Shown here piece after piece: positions 10,555-58,269 of a DNA stretch of 64,000 nt (positions are counted from its first letter, which is position 1; each line of letters opens with the position of its first letter). Origin of the DNA: Macrostomum lignano (lineage: Eukaryota); contig NIVC01000392.1 of the NCBI GenBank assembly GCA_002269645.1, positions 570,850 through 634,849 of the forward strand. The letters run 5' to 3'. A model generated the notes under the pieces. It was not told where the DNA came from. It did no database searches and worked only from the letters and a program-made list of their open reading frames with translations. The position numbers and the translations under genes are program-made.

Positions 10555-12769
10555 AGGTTTAACATGGTGGCTCTTTTAGGTTTAACATGGTGGCTCTTTT
10601 AGGTTTAACATGGTGGCTCTTTTAGGTTTAACATGGTGGCTCTTAAATGTTCGACATGGTGGCTCTTTAATGTTCGACATGGTGGCTCTTTAATATTCTT
10701 CATGTTATAGCTCTTTCATGTTTGACATGGTGGCTCTTTTATGGTCGACATGGTGGCTCTTTAATGTTCGAAATGGTGGCTCTTTAATGTTCGAAATAGT
10801 GGCTCTTTCATTTTCGACATGGTGGCTCTTTATGTTTGACATGTTGGCTCTTTTATGTTTGACATGTTGGCTCTTTTATGTTTGACATGGTGGATATTTA
10901 ATGTTCAAAATAGTGGCTCTTTTATGGTCGACATGGTGGCTCTTTAATGTTCGAAATGGTGGCTCTTTAATGTTCGAAATAGTGGCTCTTTTATTTTCGA
11001 CATGGTGGCTCTTTTAGGTTTGACATGGTGGCTCTTTTATGTTCGACATGGTGGCTCTTTAATGTTTGACATGGTGGCTCTTTAATGTTTTACATGGTAG
11101 CTCTGTTATGTCCGAAATGGTGGCTCTTTAATGTTTGACATAAAGTCACATATATGTTTGACATGGTGGCTCTTAAATGTTTGACATGGTGGCTCTTTAT
11201 GTTTGACATGTTGGCTCTTTCATGTTCGAAATGGTGGCTCTTTTTTGTTCTACATGTTAACTCTTTTTATTTGATACGGTGGCTTTTTTAATGTCTGACA
11301 TGTTGGCTCTTTAATGTTCGACAAAGTGGCTCCTAAATGTTTGACATAGTGGCTCTTCAATGTTTGACAATGTAACTTTTGAATGTTTGACATGGTGGCT
11401 CTTTAATGTTTGACATGGTAGCTCTGTTATGTTCGACATGGTGGCTCTTCTAGGTTTGACAATGTGGCTCTTTAATGTTTCACATGGTGGATCTTTAATG
11501 TTTTACATGGTGGCTCTTTTATGTTTAACTTGGTAGCTCTTTGTTATTTTACATGGCAGCTCTTTTATGTTCGACATGGTGGCTCTTTAATATTCTTCAT
11601 GTTATAGCTCTTTCATGTTTGACATGGTGGCTCTTTAATGTTCGAAATGGTGGCTCTTTAATGTTTAACACAAAGTCACATATATGTTTGACATGGTGGC
11701 TCTTAAATGTTTGACATGGTGGCTCTTTATGTTTGACATGTTGGCTCTTTTATGTTTGACATGTTGGCTCTTTTATGTTTGACATGGTGGCTCTTTAATG
11801 TTCGAAAAAGTGGCTCCTAAATGTTTGACATAGTGGCTCTTTGATGTTCGAAATAGTGACTCTTTTATTTTCGACATGGTGGCTCTTTAATGTTCGAAAT
11901 GGTGGCTGTTTAATGTTAGAAATGGTGGCTCTTTTATGTTTGACATAAAGTCACTTATATGTTTTATATGGTGCCTCTTAAATATTAGACATGGTGGCTC
12001 GTTTAGGTTTGACATGGTGGCTCTTTAATATTCGATATGTTAGCTCTTTTATGTTCGACATGGTGGCTCTTCTATGTTTGACATTGCGCTTCTTTTATGT
12101 TTAGAAGTTTTGTGTTTTTAAGGTGTTTTAATAAAAAAAAATCTTTTTTGCCCTACTAAGATTCGAACCCAAGTCGCTACATTAGCATTCCAGTCTGTTC
12201 GCATCTGGGCTATCTTTTTCAATTGGAGAACATAAATTGTGGCCCTTATAATTCAATTCTTACAGCAAGTCAATTGGAGTAAAAAGTTATGACATAATCA
12301 ATTTCTCAGTCAGCCAGAATCAGTCTCAATTTAAGTTGCCAATATGGTTACGCAATTTCATTCAAGTCGTGTGTGCATTTCTTCGGCACTGTTTTCAACT
12401 TGTTGTGATGCAATCTTTGTCAGAATCAGAATTCAGTCAGTCAGTTTTTTCTCTAGCATTCTTACAATGCATTTCAGGTCGAAAGAGCTGCTTGACCTTT
12501 GCAAAAAAGCATGTTTTTCGAATATTTAATCCCTTTAGCATCAAGCAATTTCTTAGCCACGATGCATGTACTGTCACGGGAAAATTTCTGATCGAACAGT
12601 GCAAGTTCGAAGAAAATCGGTTGAGCCGTTTTTGCTAAAATCGATCACACACACACACATACACACACACACATACCGACAGACCATTTTTAGTATATTG
12701 GAAGCCATTTTTTCTGAAATCAATCGCATACCCATATACAGACAACTCATTTTTAGTATATAGGATAGA

Positions 12770-12982
12770 TAAGAGAAGAAGAGAAGAAAGAGACAGACAG
12801 AAGAGAGAGAAGAGAAGAGAAGAGAGAGAAGAGATGAGGCCATCTCAACAACGTGTGAAATTCGCTTCTCTTTTTCTTTCGATAATAGAGTGAACGGTAG
12901 AGTGAACGGTAGAGTGAACGGTAGAGTGAACGGTAGAGTGAACGGTAGAGTGAACGGTAGAGTAAACGGTAGAGTGAACGGT
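12770..12982. repeat. GA-rich tract plus 12-bp repeat (AGAGTGAACGGT)n
   Basis: Read directly. Confidence 0.9.
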
Positions 12983-13481
12983 ATGTTTCGATAGAATAAA
13001 GGAGTGTGTAGCGTGTTTAGTGTTTTCTTTTTGCTTTTATACCCCTGGCTAGGGTAAGTTGGGGAAGTTTCTTGAACGTAATTGGCATACAAGGATAGAA
13101 AATTCTAGAGTAATCCGACACGGTGAAGTTTGAGACCTGGGAGTGACCACGGACCCCCTGAATAGTAGAAGGTATTCTACTAGGTATTCTACTATTCAGG
13201 GGTCTGTGGACTGACTGAATGCAGAGAAGGAAGGAAATAGTTTTTACCATGAGTTTTCAGTATGAGTTTTCAGTATAGCATACCAGACTGCCCGATGTTG
13301 ACATAGATACATGTATATGACCTATTTCCGTCAGCGCAATGTAAAAATACCCATTTTCCAGGATCGAAATGTTGCACAGGTGACGGACACCAGAAATTTG
13401 TTAGGACACTCTGAAAAGCCTGGACATCATAGTTCCAGACTTCTGAAGCTGTGGATTATTTTGAGGTTAGTCATGAAAATA

Positions 13482-14719
13482 CGAGGGGTGATCAAAAAGT
13501 TCTGCAACCTCTTGTTATAACTTTTAGTTATAGAATGGGCAAAAGCCAAAAACTTACACATATGCGGCTATATCTGTTTGCTATATTTATATGCATTTTT
13601 GGCTTTCAAATATTCCCCAGTCAAATTTCACAGCCATATATTTTCCATGTGTTTTCAGTAGCTGATGGAAACATCAAAAGACATTGTTCGCTTCTATTTC
13701 TTTATGCGCATGCAACTTGGCTGCAGAGCGACTGAGATTCATACTGATCTAGTGAATGTTTTAGCTGACTCTGCTCCATCATTTGACACGGTTGCCCGCT
13801 GGCTGCGCCATTTCTCGGAAGGCCGGGAGAGCTTCAACGATGAACCGAGGTCTGGCCGACCCCGGACATCCATGAGCTTGGTGTCAGCGATGGAAGTGCT
13901 CAAAACAGTGCTCAAAACAAAACACAAAGGCCTGCGCTCGGTGGGTACCCATCTTTTCACTACGGAGAAGCAAGCAGAGAGGGTGCGCATCTGTCGCTTG
14001 TGGCTGCAAATTTTTGAGCCCCATGGCCCACGACGAATGTCGGATGTCATCACAGGAGACGAATGTTGGATCTCCTTCTTTACCATGAAGGATAAGCAGT
14101 CCAACAGGGTCTGGCTGGCAGAAGATGAGCCAAGGCCTGAGGTGCTGAAGACCGGATTCCGCAGTCGGAAGCGGATGTTCACCATTTTTTTCAACTCTCA
14201 GGGTGTTGTATCGGTGAACATCCTTCCAGCGGGTGCCACAGTGACTGCCAGGTACTACACAGACACTGTTCTGCCAGGTGTGCTGCATGAGCGGCAGGAA
14301 CGTGCGCGAACCAGGCATGGACCTCGACTCCTGCTGCACCATGACAATGCGGCACCGCACAGAGCAGCCTCAATTATGGCGTACCAGGAGCAGCAGGGGG
14401 TACCCCCAGCTGCTGCCCCATCCACCCTACTCTCCAGACCTAGCACCCTGTGACTTTTGGCTGTTCCCGAGGATCAAATCCGTCATTTCTGGGAGGCCGT
14501 TTTCACGCATGCAAGACCTTGCCCAAGTGGTACATTCAGCTCTACAGGGTATACCAACTTCGGAGTACCATGACTGCTTTCAGACATGGTGCACACGCAT
14601 GCGACAGTGCATAGATGGTGGTGGAAAGTTCTTTGAGGGAATGTGACACTGATTAGACGCTTCGGCTGCTGTAACACTGAGTTGTGAGGTCACTTGCAGA
14701 ACTTTTTGATCACCCCTCG
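13482..14719 (+). mobile_element. Mariner (D,D34D) DNA transposon
   Basis: TIR CGAGGGGTGATCAAAAAGTTCTGCAA at 13482 and its reverse complement ending 14719; TA on both flanks (13480-81, 14720-21). Confidence 0.95.
13665..14646 (+). pseudogene. Frameshifted mariner transposase
   Basis: HTH N-terminus (VARWLRHFSEGRESFNDEPRSGRP), ITGDECW, HHDNAAPH, and YSPDLAPCDFWLFP in a different frame (shift near 14400). The N-terminal half looks internally deleted. Confidence 0.9.
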
Positions 14720-16083
14720 TAAGCTGGTAAATTTGAAACGGGAAATACTGTACTTTCAAGTAACACAATTGTATATTAGTCAGTACACCTTGACGAACTT
14801 GGCCCAGCTCGGGTCGGTCTCGAAAGCGTCGCCGCCGCTTGAGTCAGTGAAATCCAGCATGCAGCAGGCGCCGCTGGCCCGGTTGAGCAGGTTATGTTAA
14901 GATCGGATTAGCTAGTTGTTTGAAATACTTTTAGAGATCTAGTAATATGAGCGTATCAAAATGTGTCCCAGTTTTGATTCTCTTCATTTTGAATTGGTTT
15001 TTGACCCAATAGTTAGTACAATATAATCCAGCGACCGAGGATTCTTTGCATTGTTTTTCTGTTTGACGATCCTACAGACAATGAATTGTTTATACGATCA
15101 CTCAACAACTAGTTCTGCATTAAAAATGTGAATAATGATCGTCAAATTGCTATACAATGACATATTTTTAAATAATGATAAAGACCACAGACATATCAAA
15201 TAAAGTCCAAGTGCTTGTGTTGCATCATGATATAAGCGGCTAAAGGGTGTGCAGTTTCTTAGCTAATTTATTTAATTGTCACAATTATTACATTAGAACC
15301 ATGGTATACACTACAATATTAAATAAAATACAGCCTTTTTGAATTGGAAAATGAGTTTTTTAAGACTCGGAAAGTAGCTATCGCGAGTCACACCAGGTGA
15401 CTGAAGTGACTTTCAACTTTGGTGTAGAATTTAATACGATCAGAGGTACATGCAAATTTACAATACAGATAAGTACGAGTACTTTAGTCCGTAAGATAGT
15501 AAAATCAAAAATAATTAAATATTCGATTCTAAAATAACATGTTTCTTCTAAAACTAATACGCGAGTATCTTACTGTGGTGCATCGGTTGCATATTACAGA
15601 ACTGTTCTAATGATTAAAAAAAATCGGTATTTTAAACAAAATTGCGAAGAAATATTATAAACACGGAATATCATATTTGGAGAAGCTACGATATGAAATA
15701 TATCGAATGTAGGAAATATCGGAAATCGTAGCTCTGTGAGTGGATAAAAAGTACTTTTCACTTAACAAAGATCAATCTGAGTCTTATATTTTCATTATGC
15801 ATAAAATCAGTTAATCAGAAATTACTTATACAAAACAAAAAATAGTTATCCCACAGTATAAAATAAAAATTCTCGCCATCAATAAGATTTTTAAAAGAAC
15901 TTTCCTCAGCAGAACAAATTTGAACAAACTGCATCTAGTCAAGGAAATTTGTCACGTAGCTATTTATAGACTACGTTTTTCGTAGAGAGCCCCAAAACCA
16001 TGTACATTCATCGCCATAGTACACGCAGCAAATTTACGATATCTGTTAAGTGCTAATATTCAATCAGTTATCATATCTGGGGG

Positions 16084-49463
<33,380 letters not shown>

Positions 49464-51274
49464 CTTCCAGCCCGAAGGGAAGTGAGCAGGTGCTGCGCCG
49501 ATTCAAGTAGCCTCTTTTAGTTCGAAAAAGGGGTTGCTTTGTGATTTACCAGAATGCTCCGTTAGCCAAATTCTTATCTGAATTTGTAGGAATTCCGCAA
49601 AATCTTTTTTTCCCACAAAATGAGCTGAGATATTTATACGGCCGAGGAAGACACGGCTTGATGAGGCATGCAGGCAGACCACTCAGAGTACTCACACTGT
49701 CTGCTCCAGCAAGACGTCATTGGTTCAGCCGCCCTTGCTTCCCTTCCTTCCTGGAATCCTGGCTCCTCAGCAGGCCACATCCCGAACTTTCCTTTTCCCC
49801 TCGTCCCTGTCTATCCCTACCTGATCAAATCCCTCAATTCCTTGCTCCCCCTTGTCACCCTTTTCCTTGACAACGGACACAGAGTAATAGAGAATGCGGA
49901 ACTCGATTTCCTTTCGTACGGGATGGGGGATTGAAATCCCAGCTCCAGCCTCCAGGTAGACTACAGTAGCCAGACTCACTAAGATAGGAGATTAAGATTG
50001 CTCGAGGCTTACAAATTCGTAGTAGATTAACAGTACTGAGTGAAAGTGAACTGTTTCTACTGAGCAATTGTAACTCAGGTGGAAGATCGAACCAGAACTC
50101 AGTGAGGGTAACATGAGACGGATATAAGAAGCGCACTGTGTGGACACAGGCCTCCCAGTAGTGCCAAAAAAGTGGCAACAAAATCGTCAATAGGTAAATC
50201 CGATGAGATGGATGGATGGGGAAAAGTTGTTGAAATTTGATAAGCTTCTGACGAACACGAGTATGAGTTTGTTTTCCCCTAACAGAAGGTTGCTAGGCGT
50301 AGCTCACCATCTGTTACATGGTCAGTAAATTGTATTTAGCTTTTTTGTGATCAATTGAGCTGCCGATTGGCAATTATCAGGCTAGAAATATAAATATGAA
50401 GAGTATATAAAAGAAGAATATATATTGTGTTTTTTCTAATCACAGTGAGAATTAGCTCTGTTTATGGCTAAAAAATCGAGAAAATAGTCATGAAAATGGA
50501 TACTAATATGAGCCTAAAACTGGACCACTATGTTTGTATAATTTAAATTAGGAAACCTCTTTTTACTAATTAACTTCCTTCATTGTCATTTGAAATGAAC
50601 ATGTTGGGATTTAAGTATAAAGTAATTATTACTTTTAACGCTTGAACCTTTACATATACATAAATAAAGAATTACTATTGTACTCAAAGTAAAGTTGTAT
50701 TATACGCGATCTAAGCCCTAATAAATACATACACATTAGCTAGCAAAAGAAAGCCTATAAGATTGTGTCACAAAACTCTAGTGTGCTGCTTTGAGTTTTA
50801 AGCAGCAAAACATATAGCTTATATATAATACAGACAAAGTATACGCGTGTAAAAGCTTTTATAGTCTACACCAAATAAAAAGTTGACAAAAGAATATATT
50901 TTTGTTGTAACATAAAAAATGGTAAATCAAATAAGCAAAAGAAAATTCTATTAAGGCTCGGCACGCAGCAGCAAAACCTAAACAGAATATTCGGATCGAA
51001 TAAATTAAGTCGAACTTGTTGGTTACAGTAGATTTAAGCGTTAAAACAAAAATACCATATTGTATATTGTTATCTGCAGTGATAAATTCAAAAGCTCTTG
51101 AATAGATTTGCAATTTTTATTCGAAGTTCTTCTTGCCAACAAAAGCTTTGAAATTTAGAAAAACATTGTTTCTACTGTAAATATTTTTTTTTAAATTTAT
51201 CATTTGGGTGATTTTCCAGGTAAAATCGGTCGATCTAATTTTACCTTAGCAATCTAAAATCCAGCGCAGAAAAA

Positions 51275-54040
<2,766 letters not shown>

Positions 54041-54174
54041 GAATTAAAAATATCGAATTTTAATCTGGGACAAAATAATTCATGACACAAAATGTAATTA
54101 TTGTTAAATTGGTACGAGCCGTGTACTTCACTTAAGTTTTTCTTTTCATTTAAGAGCACTTGGACCAATTCGGT

Positions 54175-54622
54175 TGACCCTTGACCCAATGACCCTGACC
54201 CAATGACCCTGACCCAATGACCCTGACCCAATGACCCTGACCCAATGACCCTGACCCAATGACCCTGACCCAATGACCCTGACCCAATGACCCTGACCCA
54301 ATGACCCTGACCCAATGACCCTGACCCAATGACCCTGACCCAATGACCCTGACCCAATGACCCTGACCCAATGACCCTGACCCAATGACCCTGACCCAAT
54401 GACCCTGACCCAATGACCCTGACCCAATGACCCTGACCCAATGACCCTGACCCAATGACCCTGACCCAATGACCCTGACCCAATGACCCTGACCCAATGA
54501 CCCTGACCCAATGACCCTGACCCAATGACCCTGACCCAATGACCCTGACCCAATGACCCTGACCCAATGACCCTGACCCAATGACCCTGACCCAATGACC
54601 CTGACCCAATGACCCTGACCCA
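54175..54622. repeat. 14-bp repeat (GACCCAATGACCCT)n
   Basis: Read directly; lies downstream of the C8orf74-like stop codon. Confidence 0.95.
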
Positions 54623-55029
54623 ACAATTTTCTTTAATTAAATGAAAGAAATCAAAATTAAGAAATCAAATACATTTTCAATCCCGCTATTAAAATGCATG
54701 ATATTCTGCTATTAGTACCATCCACTAACTTTGAGTCATTCAATCAAGAAGTCTACAAGTAGCACCGAACCAATCCTAATGAGAGTAGGTTGGCTCCTAC
54801 ACAAAAAGATTAAAAAGTCATCCTTTGGATTTACCAATACCATTCACCAAGACCATTTTTTATCAATTGCATGGTAAAATTCTGAGAGAGAATTATGAAT
54901 TAATCAAAGCCCAACCTCATACTGTAAGAGCTGCTCAAGTCTTTGATGTCCGTGACGGATTTATTGACCGTTGCGAGCTAGAATAAAGCTAGCTCGTAAA
55001 AGCTCCACAAAGCAGAACTGAAAAGTGCA

Positions 55030-55975
55030 CGCGTTATGATAGCTGCAGAAAAACCTTCAACCAGCACGCCCGTGACATCAGCAAGCGCATGGCAGCTCGC
55101 AGAAGACCACTGGCGGCGCTAGCCACGAGATCCAACGGCGCAAATTTCACAGTTCTCCGAACGGCCTACATTTCCACGGTCCGGGCCGTTGCCCACTTCG
55201 CAGGGAGCGTCTGGGGGGGGCGCCTTCGCGTCACCGAGCACATGCCTGGTGCGCACCGCAGCGGCAGGAGAGAGTTGCAGCAGCGCTACAGCGGAGTTGA
55301 CTCCAATCGCCATCGGCCTGGACAGCATCCGACACCTGACCACGAATCATGGGACATTGGGACTAGTACTGACATTTTTACTGACAGCCAAGCGGCACTC
55401 TTAACCCTCATGCGCGGCCCCTGTGATCAGAGCGACCCGCCTGGTGAGGAGTGTTGGTCCAACCTCAGCGCAATGCAGCGCCTCACCTGGGTGCCGGCCC
55501 ACGTCGGCTGGAAGGCAACGAAAGAGCAGACGCTGCCGCCAACAGGCCATCTCGATCTGCACAGCCAAGGCGCTTATTCGCAGAGCCAGACGCCGACTCC
55601 ATCTGGACTTCTGGGGCGCAGCGACGACCGCATCAGTCGAGAGAGGCGCGACAGCGGTCTGCCAGCTTCGAACAGGATGCAGCACCACTTGCGCCGTCAC
55701 ACGTCACCGCATCGGCATCGCTGACTCGCCACGGTCTCTTGCCCGTAGGCCAAATCTCACGACCTCGCTGCTGCCGCAAGGCCACCTTCCACCAACCGAG
55801 GATGCTCTTCAATTGGTCATCCATCAACACAGCCGACTCTTTGAGCTTGGACAGCTGGTTTGTTGACGCGGTGGCGCAGTAACGACCGGCCGTTACAGAT
55901 CACCTTTGGCAGGCCTAGTTGAGAGTTTGCTCGCCCACCAGCTTCTGCAGCTTGCGTGGTAGGGGCTGCTAGGAT
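55030..55975 (+). pseudogene. Decayed fragment of an RNase H-encoding LINE (I-group-like)
   Basis: RT C-terminal TAYISTVRAVAHFAGSVWG, then IFTDSQAALL, LTWVPAHVG and LEGNERADAAA spread over shifting frames. Confidence 0.75.
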
Positions 55976-56974
55976 TACGTGTTAATTATTAAAATTACTA
56001 GTTAATGATGAAGAATAACTAACATGCGAAAGTATAATTAATTGGAGATTCATGCACACGTGTCAACGAATAGCGTACAGTAACTGCGCGACAAAGTGTC
56101 TATTATTTGTTATAATGCACTTGCATTGCGGGTATAAAAACCGCGCGCACCAGTTTGAATCTCTGCGCGCTTGTAGGGCCTGCCCGTTGTGAGTTGTTTC
56201 TGTTTGCCCGGACTGTGCACTCCAGTCTAGTTAATGTAATTGGCTTGTGTAAGCCCGGCCTGTAGTGCCTAGTAACTTAGTGAATCGATTAGATATTGAT
56301 GCTCAACATGAATCTTGTGTGAGCAAAGCTCATAATTATTGAGAATAGTCAAACTAGACCTAAAAATTATCAGCTCCAACAGCTGTGTTTAGTAAGGACA
56401 TAGGAGTCTGAGTTTATATTTATGTGTTTTGTTCATTTTGGTTGTTAAGTCTTTATTAATAATTTACCGCTGGTACGCTAGTTTGTTTATTGTTCAATAA
56501 TTACATTTGTCAATTTATTATTAGTTCGAAGTCAATTTAAGTTGTTAAGTTTTTACTAAGCAAATCTTTCTTTGAGAAACGGCTTGTCTCAGTCAGTTTA
56601 ATCATAGCTTCGATTGGTGGCAGCGAACTACCTTTAATTTCCTGACTTATCTAGCTTTGGGATTAACTATCGATTTACTGGGGAACGTAATTTATCAAGA
56701 AATCATTGGTATTACTCTATCAGACCATCTCAGGGTAACGCTCTTCGGCTGGTGCAGCATAAGCAGTATAGCCTTAGACCATAATCTCGCAGCTACCGTG
56801 AGTATAAGTTATTTGGGACTATTGTCAGCAGAAATAGAGAAACAATTCAAGTCACTCCGCTCGTTAAGAGTTCGCGGACATTGAGTCTGTTTAAGTCGCA
56901 CCAGACGCTGAGTCATTACCGGTTAAAAGTCAAAGTGATTCATATAGTCTGCAGTCAGACAAAGAGCTACAAAC

Positions 56975-58265
56975 AAAGAGCACCCCGGAAGTGGTATCAA
57001 ACTCGTCCGTAGGGCTGTTGCTGGAGTCAACAAACGCTTTGGAGTTGTGGTACAGGTCCATAACTGCCGTCACCAGGGTGTCAGGGACGCCGTACTGAGC
57101 CAGGAGCCAGGCTAAAGCCATCCGCTGACAGAGTCGAAGGCCTTCCGGAAGTCAACGAAGACGATAGACACGGCTCGAAGACGAGTCTTGCAGGTTTCGA
57201 CAATGCACCGGATGGCCACGATCTGCTCCGTGGTGGATCTGCCTTGTCTGAAGCCGCTTCGAAGCTCGAGCAGCAGCGAGTTCAGGACAGGGAGGAGCCG
57301 ATTGCGCAACACTGCGTTCAGCAGCTTTGGCAGCGTGCACTCCAATGCGATGCCACGTTGGTTGTCAAGGCTCGTGGAGGCGCCCTTCTTCGGGATGGAG
57401 ACAATTCTTGAAGTACGCCAGAGGGGGACGGCCGTGGCAGCTGGGTTGCCGCCGAGACAGCATTACTTGTTCAGGATGCTAGTACGAGCTAATGTTGTCT
57501 GTAAGCTCTGGCAACTTCAGAACCCTGGGAGGCACTCGGTCGACTCCAGAGGCAGCGTCAGCGCGCATGCTCTTCAGCGCCTTGGTAACTTCCGCGGCGG
57601 TGATCGGGCCGGTGTAGAAGTCGCCATGCTGGGCTGGAGTGAAGCCGGCGGCGAGGAGAAGGGGAGACGTCGGGGAGGGGGGATTTAAAACTTGCCGGTA
57701 GTGGTCGACAAGCAGGCTCTTTCTTTGCTCGATGGACTCAGCGCCAACGACTGTGGTCGGACGGGGTCTTCGTCCTGTGAGGCGGTTGATTGCTCGCCAG
57801 GCGGTGTGCCGGCAGTTGTTGGTGGCGGCTTGGATCTCTTGGACCACCTCCTCAATAAAAACTTCAGTGCGTTGGGCGTACGTCACCTGCAGGTTGTCTC
57901 TGGCGAGTCTAGCCTGGTCGCTGTCCTCGCCGTGACGCGCAGCGGCGCTCTGTGCAGAGCGTCTGGCAGTGGCGATCACGCGGTCGCAGTCCCAAAGTGC
58001 CCTTGGCTGGTGTCCTATTTGTCTAGGCAGAACTGACGCTGCCGACCCGACGGCACTCGCAAAGGCCTCAGCTGTCTCAGTGATTGCGGGACTCGCGTTG
58101 GAGAGCTCGGTAAGGAAGGCAGTGCGAGTCTCTGGGTTCCTCAGGTCTGCCCAGAGAGGCTTCGGCGGGGGTGTCTGAATCTCGTCCAGAAGAGGTTCAG
58201 TTCGCAGGTAACCAAGCTGTGGTCGGAAGCGACGCATCTGGGGCGGACGGTGATCAATCTGCACA
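56975..58265 (-). pseudogene. Truncated RTE-like LINE fragment (RT N-terminal half)
   Basis: AWRAINRLTGR, GPITAAEVTKALKSM...ASGVD, SGFRQGRSTTEQI, FVDFRKAFDSV, FDTTSGVL; frameshifted, ends before YADD. Confidence 0.85.
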
Positions 58266-58269
58266 CCTA

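Larger units (their letters stand above)
7770..12085. repeat. About 23-bp satellite array, second block, interrupted by LTR element 8814-10554
   Basis: Same unit as 4510-6505. Confidence 0.95.
7111..12765 (-). mobile_element. Non-autonomous Helitron copy A, complete termini, satellite cargo
   Basis: Minus strand: A|TCCTATATAC at 12765; 3' end GTCCCCCAACGGGGGGCG hairpin about 10 nt before CTAG (7111-7114), followed by T. This is the canonical 5'-TC...hairpin-CTRR-3' structure. No RepHel coding sequence seen. Confidence 0.75.

Noticed and set aside
4510-12085. CRISPR-like appearance of regular short repeats
   Set aside because: No unique spacers, no cas genes, eukaryotic context.
13370-13410. 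Possible displaced gypsy LTR end and PBS (minus strand CTAACA...TGGTGTCC)
   Set aside because: Weak match, no second LTR in the window to compare, and it overlaps a plus-strand exon-like segment.
56040-56600. LTR-like stretch with TATAAAA
   Set aside because: No partner repeat, TG...CA ends or TSD could be identified.
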